Shown here: piece by piece, positions 10,026-17,710 of the stretch
Layout of the letters: every line of letters starts with the position of its first letter
Position numbering within the stretch: position 1 is the first letter of the stretch
Assembly: GCA_963675915.1 (NCBI GenBank)
Contig: OY780959.1
Span: 180,001 to 212,000 of the forward strand
Direction: 5' to 3'
Length of the DNA: 32,000 bases
From: Coprobacillaceae bacterium
GTDB taxonomy: Bacteria; Bacillota_I; Bacilli_A; Erysipelotrichales; Coprobacillaceae
Made by a program: the position numbers and the translations under genes
Notes under the pieces: model-generated
The model's input: only the letters and a program-made list of their open reading frames with translations
The model's database searches: none
Told to the model about the DNA's origin: nothing

Positions 10026-10050
10026 GAGCGGAAAAACCGCTTCTTTTCTT
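10026..10050 (+). terminator. Intrinsic terminator closing the hsdRSM-orf179-RES block
   Basis: Stem GAGCGG/CCGCTT (outermost pair G-U) with an AAAAA loop, followed by the T-rich run TTCTTTTCTT. The IS66 element is inserted immediately downstream. Confidence 0.6.
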
Positions 10051-10152
10051 TATCTGTAAGCGTCAAATAGAAGGCACCTACAAATGAAAAGAGCCCCAGT
10101 GTATAATGGGCTCAGTTGGATATTTACGTTGATGCACTAAAAGATCATATTT

Positions 10153-11724
10153 CTATGATTTTTTAGTGATATACAGTTCTTTTGGCAGTTTTGCCCACGG
10201 CATTACTGTTTCCAATGATTTTTCATCAGTTATATCCAGATCCGGCAAACGGTCTAGGATATACTGGAAATAATCATATGGTTTGAGATTGTTCATTTTG
10301 GCTGACTCAACCAAGCTGTAAATGTAGGAACTGCTATTGGCACCTTTAACTGTATTCATAAACAGCCAATTCTTGCGGCCGACAGTGAACGGTCTGATGA
10401 TGTTTTCAGCTGCATTGTTGCTGATATCTATTCTCCCATCACTAATATATGTTCTCAACTTTGATTCTTGATTGTAAGCATAGTTGATTGCTTCGCCTAA
10501 ATGAGATTTAGGTAGAGCAACCTTTTTAAGTTCATGGATTTTTTTGAAGAATTCATTCACTTTCTTCAATGACTTTTCCTGCCGAATTTTGGTCAGTTTG
10601 TCATAATCGCAATCTTTGTGCTTTCTCTCTATGGCGAACAGCTCGTTGATCATTGCGAAACATTTATATGTCTCGGTAGACTCAAGATTGACATTTTTAG
10701 GAACCAGATCCAAAGCTTCTTTGAATTTCCTTCTAGCATGAGCCCAACAACCTGCCTGAGTTACACCTTCGACTTTGTCATATGCCTGGTAACCGTCTGA
10801 TATCAAAACTCCTTTGAAATCTTCAAGGTAATTAACGGCGTGCTTATGGGCGCGGCTTGGCTCGTAGTTAAACAGTACGTATTGATTGGCTTCGCTTCTG
10901 CCAGTCATATAGACCCACATGTATGATTTCGATGATGCCGCTTTACCTGGTTCATGTAGCACTTGGACGCTGGTCTCATCGGCATTGATATACTGGGCCT
11001 TCATCAGCTGTTTATACATGTAGTCAATCAATGGTTTGAAGTAGTTATTTGATACCCTGATCAGCCAGTTTGACATGTTCTGACGATTCAGATTGATCCT
11101 CATTCTTTGATAGGAAACTTCCTGACGGTATAACGGCAACGATTTGACATACTTGTCATTGATGATATTTGCCACCAGTGAAGCTGAAGCAATGCTACCG
11201 CTGATCAATGGCGTTGGTCCATTAGCTTTGATAATGGTTGCTTCGATGTCGTTCTTCTCGCAATTGCGGCAGCTGTAGATGTGTTCGACATGATTAATCA
11301 CTTCCACTTTGGCAGGAACGAAAATAAGTTCTTTGCGAACTTTTTTCGACATCTCATGCAATTCATGATTGCATTTAGGACAAACCTTTTCATCAGCACT
11401 CAAAACATAATCAATCGTAGTGTTCTTCAAGGAATCCAAATCCATAATTCTTGATTTCTTTTTGCGCTTATGAGATTTTACTTCGGTGATATTTGATTCA
11501 TCATTGATCGGTGTTGATTCAAATTCAATCTCATCAAACAAAGACAACTGATCAACATGAACTTTTTCAGACGATTGACCAAACAATTTCTTCTGCTGCA
11601 GTCTGACCTGTTCCTTGTACCAGCTGTTCTCTTGAGATAATTGTTCTACTTTTGTATGTAAAGCCATGTAGGATTTTTCTAATTCCTCACGTGACATTTT
11701 CTTGATATTAACGGTATTTTTCAT
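10153..11724 (-). CDS. tnpC: IS66-family transposase (TnpC/orf3)
   Basis: N-terminal coiled coil. Zinc-finger-like CPKCNHELHEM...CRNCE. The LPLYRQ motif and a DDE-type core typical of IS66 transposases. Confidence 0.9.
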   Translation of the reverse strand: MKNTVNIKKMSREELEKSYMALHTKVEQLSQENSWYKEQVRLQQKKLFGQSSEKVHVDQLSLFDEIEFESTPINDESNITEVKSHKRKKKSRIMDLDSLKNTTIDYVLSADEKVCPKCNHELHEMSKKVRKELIFVPAKVEVINHVEHIYSCRNCEKNDIEATIIKANGPTPLISGSIASASLVANIINDKYVKSLPLYRQEVSYQRMRINLNRQNMSNWLIRVSNNYFKPLIDYMYKQLMKAQYINADETSVQVLHEPGKAASSKSYMWVYMTGRSEANQYVLFNYEPSRAHKHAVNYLEDFKGVLISDGYQAYDKVEGVTQAGCWAHARRKFKEALDLVPKNVNLESTETYKCFAMINELFAIERKHKDCDYDKLTKIRQEKSLKKVNEFFKKIHELKKVALPKSHLGEAINYAYNQESKLRTYISDGRIDISNNAAENIIRPFTVGRKNWLFMNTVKGANSSSYIYSLVESAKMNNLKPYDYFQYILDRLPDLDITDEKSLETVMPWAKLPKELYITKKS

Positions 11725-11756
11725 ATCTAGATTATACCAAAAAATCGGCCAAGTTA

Positions 11757-12116
11757 CTAGATAATAAGCCGATTTTCCATGTTTTTAAATGCATATTTTT
11801 GATCGATTTCAAGGCCCTCGAGCAACCAGCGAAACTGTCTTTCATCAATGACTCTGGTGTTTGAATTCTCATCTTCACGAACCTTGAACTTTCCGCTTTC
11901 AAGCCGTTTGAGAAACAGCCAAAACCCACCATTTTCGTAATAAAGAATCTTCATCCTGTTGCGAGCCCGGTTGACAAAAATGAACAAGCTGCCGTTCATC
12001 ACATCCAAATCAAACTCCATGGCCACTATCAAAGACAAACCATCGATTGACTTGCGCATGTCGACATGTCCAGTGGCAAGATAAATATGTTTGACATCAT
12101 CAGTGTTGATAATCAT
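11757..12116 (-). CDS. tnpB: IS66 Orf2 (TnpB) accessory protein
   Basis: The DMRKSIDGLS motif is typical of IS66 orf2. ATGA overlap with orf1. Confidence 0.85.
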   Translation of the reverse strand: MIINTDDVKHIYLATGHVDMRKSIDGLSLIVAMEFDLDVMNGSLFIFVNRARNRMKILYYENGGFWLFLKRLESGKFKVREDENSNTRVIDERQFRWLLEGLEIDQKYAFKNMENRLII

Positions 12117-12406
12117 TTGATAGCCCCAATCACTTTACAAAGCAGAGACTCATCAAATGTCAGTTCCACATCGTTGACAGTGATTGTAATCTTCCTGGTG
12201 GGATTGTCAATCAATACCGGGGCGAAGAAACGGCCATCAGACTTAACCGGTTGGCTGAGTTCATCAGTATCAATGATCTTACGCCATTTATAAAACGAAT
12301 TCTTGTTGATCCCATTTTCCATGCACCAACGGCTAATGGATTTCCCGGAAATCCGCCAATTTTTAACTAGACCATTCCAATAATCATAACGCTCTTGAGC
12401 ATTCAT
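12113..12406 (-). CDS. tnpA: IS66 Orf1 (TnpA) HTH accessory protein
   Basis: Position and size fit the IS66 triad. HTH-like ISRWCMENGINKNSFYKW. GGAGG RBS. Confidence 0.75.
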   Translation of the reverse strand: MNAQERYDYWNGLVKNWRISGKSISRWCMENGINKNSFYKWRKIIDTDELSQPVKSDGRFFAPVLIDNPTRKITITVNDVELTFDESLLCKVIGAIK

Positions 12407-12668
12407 AAAAAGTACCTCCTGTTATAACTTACAACGAAATTATAACCCGAGGCACTAAATTTTAAAACGTGTCATCTATTTGACGCTTACCTTTATCTAT
12501 TGTGTATATCGATTTAAATGAAAACATATGTTTTTGTTTATACTTTGTACGGCGCTAAAAATGAAGCGAAACCAGTTGATTTGCAGTTAATTATATAAAA
12601 GAAACCGTGGACACCTTTTCGTTTATAGTGTATCATGTTTATACGGTAAGACGAAGGAGGAACCTGAA

Positions 12669-13259
12669 ATGATATATGGTTATGCGAGATGTTCAACTGA
12701 CGAGACAAAACAAGATATTAATCGCCAGAAAAGGGAACTGAAATCACATGGAGCTACTGACGTCACTATTTATTTTGAGTATCAGAGTGGTACCAATTCA
12801 AATCGTCCTGAGTTTAATAAGTTACTGGATGTGGTCCAGGGAGGTGACACGATCGTGTCAACTGAAGTCAGTCGGATAACTCGAAGCACAAAGCAATTAT
12901 GTGAGATCATTGAGGTTGCAAAAGAAAAGAAGTTGAAACTTGTCTTGGGAAGTTTCGTGGTCGACTGTACGAAAGAACTTGACCCAATGACAGAAGGGAT
13001 GCTTAAAATGATGGGAGTCTTTAGTGAACTTGAACGAAACATGATAAGCCAACGAGTTAAGAGTGGTATGGCTAATGCAATGGCTAAGGGAAAGGTGATT
13101 GGTAGGCCAGCAACTACTGCCGATGATATTCCTGCTATTTTTTACAAGCATTATCCTAAATACAAGAATGGTGAGATAAACAAAGCTGAATTTTCAAGGC
13201 TGTGCGGATTGTCGTATCCGACAATTTATAAGTATTTGAATATTGTAGAAAGCTTATAG
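12669..13259 (+). CDS. Small serine recombinase (resolvase/invertase family, 196 aa)
   Basis: N-terminal catalytic motif IYGYARCSTDETKQD, followed by GDTIVSTEVSRITRS. C-terminal HTH (FSRLCGLSYPTIYKYL). AGGAGG RBS. Confidence 0.88.
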   Translation: MIYGYARCSTDETKQDINRQKRELKSHGATDVTIYFEYQSGTNSNRPEFNKLLDVVQGGDTIVSTEVSRITRSTKQLCEIIEVAKEKKLKLVLGSFVVDCTKELDPMTEGMLKMMGVFSELERNMISQRVKSGMANAMAKGKVIGRPATTADDIPAIFYKHYPKYKNGEINKAEFSRLCGLSYPTIYKYLNIVESL

Positions 13260-13405
13260 TCTTGAAGACTAAAACTGCGCGTCTATTAAAGGGCGGGCTT
13301 TTTTGGTTTTATTGTATAATCATATGTCAAGTGATATAATTATAACAAAGAATTACATATTGCCAATTGTATATACTGATGTTTTGAAAAAAGGAAGGAG
13401 TAAGT

Positions 13406-13984
13406 ATGAAAAAATCAAAAGGCATCGTATGGCTTATTGCGTTTGTTGTGATACTATCATCAATAACAACGGTAGCTGCAAAAAATGATAAAAATGATGG
13501 ATTTACTTTAGGTGAATTTACATCAATGTACTATGAGGTTTTGAGTCAAGAGGTAGTAGATGGTACAGCTATTCCTTGTTTTCCTCCGGAAGAGTTTGAT
13601 TGGATAGTGGTTAATAATAATGTATTGGATCCTGACACTTTCGGAATTTTTGAGTTTAATATGCCTGTTCATGTTGAAAGTTTTACCGCAAACATTAGTA
13701 ACAACGATTTTTCGGAAGTTGCACAATCAACAGGATTAGCGCCAAACTGGCTTAAAAGTTATTTAAAATACAGGATTGATTTTACTATTTCAGGTAGTGC
13801 GGATGCTTCATACGCAGGATATAGTTTTGAGTTGGGATGCGTTACCACCTATGGTAATGGCGGTTCGATAGCTGTCACAATTAATCCCGATGGAACATTT
13901 GCAGGTGAAAGCTACTTGATGACAAATTGTTCTGTAAATGAGCTTATATTCACTTCTGCGTCTCTTGATGCGCCTCTACCATAA
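13406..13984 (+). CDS. Hypothetical secreted protein (192 aa)
   Basis: AAGGAGTAAG RBS. Signal-peptide-like N-terminus MKKSKGIVWLIAFVVILSSITTVAA. No other motif recognised. Confidence 0.6.
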   Translation: MKKSKGIVWLIAFVVILSSITTVAAKNDKNDGFTLGEFTSMYYEVLSQEVVDGTAIPCFPPEEFDWIVVNNNVLDPDTFGIFEFNMPVHVESFTANISNNDFSEVAQSTGLAPNWLKSYLKYRIDFTISGSADASYAGYSFELGCVTTYGNGGSIAVTINPDGTFAGESYLMTNCSVNELIFTSASLDAPLP

Positions 13985-14101
13985 TAATGTCTATCAAAGG
14001 TTAAAGTGTTTATGGTCTGGCTAGCTATTTTATCTGATGAAATTTATATTCATCCTGTATTTAATAAAGGTCAATTAAAGATGATTTGCTGAAATGCATT
14101 A

Positions 14102-14136
14102 GGGACTCCATGATAAGATGGGGTCCTTTATTTTTG
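14102..14136 (+). terminator. Intrinsic terminator
   Basis: 9-bp stem GGACTCCAT/ATGGGGTCC (one G-U pair) followed by TTTATTTTT. Confidence 0.6.
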
Positions 14137-14329
14137 TGAATAAACTAAGCTGTTCTCCCTGAAAAAATTTTGATATTAGCCTTATCAAGCATTTTAGTAA
14201 TTTTATGATTGGTTGATAATTCGATCAAGACAACCGCATTGTTACATTACTAATGTATATTAACACTTTGTTGTGATATAATTTACATAGTGAGTATAAC
14301 TTTAATTTGTTCTAGGAGGGGGAAGAAAA

Positions 14330-15136
14330 ATGAAATTCAAATCAATTAACGGAAGTATTGGTATTGTTGTGTGCTCGTTATTATTATCAGGATGTTCAAG
14401 CGAGGAACCTTTGGGAGAAAATGAGTTAAGAATTGCCGATGCGTCAAAGAGCTATGAGGGTGAGGATTATGAGGATGTTGTTGCGAGATTAGAAGATAAT
14501 GGGTTTTATAATATCGAAACGGAGACGATAGAGGATTTAATAACCGGCTGGCTAACAAAAGATGGAGAGGTAGAATCGATCTCAGTTGGTGGTGAAATGG
14601 AATTTGATGATGGGGATATCTTCACAAAGGATGCTACCGTAATAATCACTTATCATACATTTAAAGACAGTGGTTCAAATGAAGCTGGAGATTCAATCGA
14701 AAATGAATCGTCATCTAATGATGCTATAAATTTTGATGGATACACTTTGATTGAGGTTAATGGTGGGGATTTGTCAGGTGATAGAAAGCCGAACGCTGTT
14801 GTTGACGTAGGATTTGGAGAACGTGAATACTGGGCTTTTACAAATGAATATGGTCAACTGGTAAAAGTGATCGCAGATGAAATTATCTTGCAGGATGACT
14901 CATCTGAGCCTGTGAACAGTGATGGGAGGTACTATGATGATGAAGCGAAGGTACCCGGTACTGAAAGCCCTGATTTAGATGAGGGTCATGTCATTGCGGA
15001 TAGTCTTGGTGGTGTATCCAATGCTTATAATATTACTCCTCAGGATAGTACTCTTAATCGGTACGGTGATCAAGCTTATATGGAAAAGGTAATTCGTGAT
15101 GCAGGGGGACGTTTTTATGGCATCGGTAACTGGTAG
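14330..15136 (+). CDS. Lipoprotein with a C-terminal beta-beta-alpha-Me (DNA/RNA non-specific, EndoNS_2-like) nuclease domain; the C-terminus may be truncated
   Basis: Lipobox LLLSGC. Nuclease motif DEGHVIADSLGG...NITPQDSTLNRYG..AYME. Only about 10 aa follow the last conserved block before the stop. Confidence 0.65.
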   Translation: MKFKSINGSIGIVVCSLLLSGCSSEEPLGENELRIADASKSYEGEDYEDVVARLEDNGFYNIETETIEDLITGWLTKDGEVESISVGGEMEFDDGDIFTKDATVIITYHTFKDSGSNEAGDSIENESSSNDAINFDGYTLIEVNGGDLSGDRKPNAVVDVGFGEREYWAFTNEYGQLVKVIADEIILQDDSSEPVNSDGRYYDDEAKVPGTESPDLDEGHVIADSLGGVSNAYNITPQDSTLNRYGDQAYMEKVIRDAGGRFYGIGNW

Positions 15137-15953
15137 GATAAAACAAATCAAGCAACCTAGGGGAGGGTTCGTTAAACCATCTGAGTTTAAAGTTGTAATT
15201 GAAAAAGACAATGGTGAATTGAATCCGAAAGAAAATATTCATGGTACTATAGTGGGTATGGCTGTTGATTATCTCACAAGGTTTTCAATGGGAACTGATA
15301 TACTTGAATCATTTAAAATATCAATTCGCGGCGCTGCCATCGCAGAGCAACTTGGAGTTGAAGGATCTGTGAATATTGCAGCTAACCTTGTGGATGGTAT
15401 AAACGGTCTTGATGAAGAGTCTATCATTAATGCCTGTAAACTTGTAGCATTCGACGTATGGCTCAGAAATCCTTTGGGAGCCATGATGGCAAAAGACTAC
15501 AAATCAATAAATCCAGATGAAGCAACGGTGCAAAATATCCATACTCTTGTTATCCGCAGTATTGATTTTTTTCAAAAATATGGCCCGATAACAAAAGATG
15601 GATTTACCTTTGAACCACCTGGATCAGATATAGAAGATTTTGCAAAAATAATGAAATCAAATGAAGGTGTTTTGGGCGGATACACTTCTACTGTAGAATC
15701 AGGTGATGGAGATTTTCTGACCTCAGATACCCTTTGGGATTTTAAAGTATCTAAGTCAAAGCCAACAAATAAGCACACGTTACAATTATTGATGTATTGG
15801 ATAATGGGCCAGCACTCTGGTCAGGAAGCATTTCGTGGTATTACAAAGTTGGGAATATTCAATCCGCGCCTAAATACGGTTTACTTGCTGGATATGGCAG
15901 ATGTATCTCAAGAAATAATTGAAGCTGTAGAGGATGAAGTAATATGTTATTAA
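15117..15953 (+). CDS. PD-(D/E)XK (RecB/Cas4-like) nuclease-fold protein, 278 aa
   Basis: AGGGGGA RBS before ATG 15117. The motif series GDGDF, LWDFKVSK and QLLMYW matches the D / (D/E)xK / QxxxY pattern. Overlaps the upstream ORF by 20 nt. Confidence 0.6.
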   Translation: MASVTGRIKQIKQPRGGFVKPSEFKVVIEKDNGELNPKENIHGTIVGMAVDYLTRFSMGTDILESFKISIRGAAIAEQLGVEGSVNIAANLVDGINGLDEESIINACKLVAFDVWLRNPLGAMMAKDYKSINPDEATVQNIHTLVIRSIDFFQKYGPITKDGFTFEPPGSDIEDFAKIMKSNEGVLGGYTSTVESGDGDFLTSDTLWDFKVSKSKPTNKHTLQLLMYWIMGQHSGQEAFRGITKLGIFNPRLNTVYLLDMADVSQEIIEAVEDEVICY

Positions 15954-15996
15954 TGTATCTAATGATAGTAGTTAGTACAGAAGAGGGGAATAAATA

Positions 15997-16923
15997 ATGC
16001 CAAAGTTAGGAAAAATTGAAAAGGTAGATGATTTGCGTACAATTTGGAAGCGTGAAGCACTCGATTTTACAAAGTGGTTAGCAAGGGAAGAAAATCTTGA
16101 AATATTGAGTGATTCGATTGGAATTGAGATTGTTCTTGAGGAGACCGAGTCATCCGTTGGAAACTTTAATGTTGACTTGTATGCTACTGAAGAGGGGACA
16201 GGAAGGAATATCATAATCGAGAATCAGCTCGAAGACACTGATCACGACCATTTGGGTAAGCTTATCACTTATGCTTCTGGTAAAGGTGCTGAAGTTGTTG
16301 TTTGGATAGTAAAAAGAGCAAGAGATGAGCATAAGCAAGCAATTGAATGGCTTAATCAACATACGGATGAGAATGTAGGATTTTTTCTTCTTGAAATTCA
16401 GTTATGGAAGATAGATGAATCACTACCAGCTCCAAGATTTAACGTTGTTGAGAGACCAAATGATTGGGCAAAAACAATGAAAGCTGTCAGTGGGTTATCT
16501 GATACTAAGAAATTACATTTGGAGTATTGGGATGCTTTTAATGAGTATGCTTTCAACAAGCCTGAGTTTAAACGCGTGTTTTCAAAACGTAAGCCTCAAC
16601 CGCAAAATTGGTATGATTTGAGTGTTGGGAGTTCTTCTTACAGAATTGCAATTTCGGCAAGTACACAAAAGAAGCGACTGGGTGCTGAGATATACATAAA
16701 TGATGATAAGGAATTGTACGAAAAATTCAAAAATTCCAAAGCGTCTATTGAAGCGGAACTCGGATTGGAACTTCAATGGATCGAGGCTTCAAAAGATTGT
16801 CGTATTTTTGCAGCGATTAAAGGTGATATCAAGAGTGGAAATTCTAAGTGGAATGATTACTTTGATTGGTACTGCGACATGGCGTTAAAACTCAAGGATA
16901 TCATTCGAAAGTATGATGCTTGA
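15997..16923 (+). CDS. Nuclease-fold N-terminal domain plus a DUF4268-like C-terminal domain, 308 aa
   Basis: The segment VDLYA...IIIENQLEDTDHDHLGKLITYA is a signature remembered from DUF4268-family proteins. GAGGGGA RBS. Confidence 0.55.
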   Translation: MPKLGKIEKVDDLRTIWKREALDFTKWLAREENLEILSDSIGIEIVLEETESSVGNFNVDLYATEEGTGRNIIIENQLEDTDHDHLGKLITYASGKGAEVVVWIVKRARDEHKQAIEWLNQHTDENVGFFLLEIQLWKIDESLPAPRFNVVERPNDWAKTMKAVSGLSDTKKLHLEYWDAFNEYAFNKPEFKRVFSKRKPQPQNWYDLSVGSSSYRIAISASTQKKRLGAEIYINDDKELYEKFKNSKASIEAELGLELQWIEASKDCRIFAAIKGDIKSGNSKWNDYFDWYCDMALKLKDIIRKYDA

Positions 16924-17003
16924 CGATATATACCAGTGTTGTTTTACCTGAGTAATATTGAAAGAAAATGTTAGTGAATTTGTTGAGAAGGAGTAATATC
17001 GTA

Positions 17004-17657
17004 ATGATGATTCATCCACAAATGTATTATGATAATAATTTGAAAGGTAACAATGAAAAGGAGTTGATGACTGCTATTCGCGGATTGAAACAGAGAATAG
17101 GCCGTCTAAAAAACAGTATCGAGAATCCGGATCTGATTAGGGTTTATATGCAACCAAGGGCTTCGCTACAGATAAAGCTCATGCGCGAATACCTTGAGAT
17201 GGCGAAGCGAGCGTATCGTGAAGCTGGTGGTGTTTATACTCCCTCTAAGGCTGAACTGAAAGTCATTGATTTCGATGGTAATATTTCAGAAATTGCGAAG
17301 ATAACCTTTTCTATTGGCGGATACTTTAACGGCTACGAGACATACGTCATTGATTTCGGTGAGACGGAGGTTCACATTGAAAAACGGCATAGCTTGAAAG
17401 ATCCAGAATTATCCACTGAGAATGATCGGATTTTTGATAAACAATCGTTTACTGAGGGGTTAAGAGATCTGCACATTGGCGAATGGAGAAGAGGGTATTC
17501 GACCGAACGTTTCGGATATAGGGTGCTCGATGGTACGCAATGGGAACTGGAGTTTGAATACCAAATTGGGCATAAGCATTTTCGATTTTCAGGGAGCAAC
17601 TCGTATCCGTATAATTTTGATGAATTTCAAGTGTTGTTTGGCATCGAATTTCTATAG
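17004..17657 (+). CDS. Hypothetical protein (217 aa), last gene of the nuclease cluster
   Basis: GAAGGAG RBS before ATGATG at 17004. No recognisable motif. Confidence 0.5.
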   Translation: MMIHPQMYYDNNLKGNNEKELMTAIRGLKQRIGRLKNSIENPDLIRVYMQPRASLQIKLMREYLEMAKRAYREAGGVYTPSKAELKVIDFDGNISEIAKITFSIGGYFNGYETYVIDFGETEVHIEKRHSLKDPELSTENDRIFDKQSFTEGLRDLHIGEWRRGYSTERFGYRVLDGTQWELEFEYQIGHKHFRFSGSNSYPYNFDEFQVLFGIEFL

Positions 17658-17710
17658 TAAATTTTGATGGGATTAAATGAAATTAGTGAGAAAGGAATTG
17701 GAAAATTACT

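Larger units (their letters stand above)
10056..12490 (-). mobile_element. Intact IS66-family insertion sequence (2435 bp)
   Basis: Perfect 16-bp terminal inverted repeats GTAAGCGTCAAATAGA (10056-10071 and 12475-12490). Flanking 8-bp direct repeat CTTTATCT (10048-10055 and 12491-12498). Three-ORF IS66 organisation. Confidence 0.93.

Noticed and set aside
11732-12293. ORFs 11732-11932 (minus) and 12066-12293 (plus) inside the IS66 element
   Set aside because: They overlap tnpB and tnpA in other frames or on the opposite strand. The canonical three-ORF IS66 organisation explains the region.
13303-13488. 61-aa plus-strand ORF overlapping the start of the secreted-protein gene
   Set aside because: There is no RBS. 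The ATG at 13406 has a strong AAGGAAGGAG RBS and yields a typical signal peptide.
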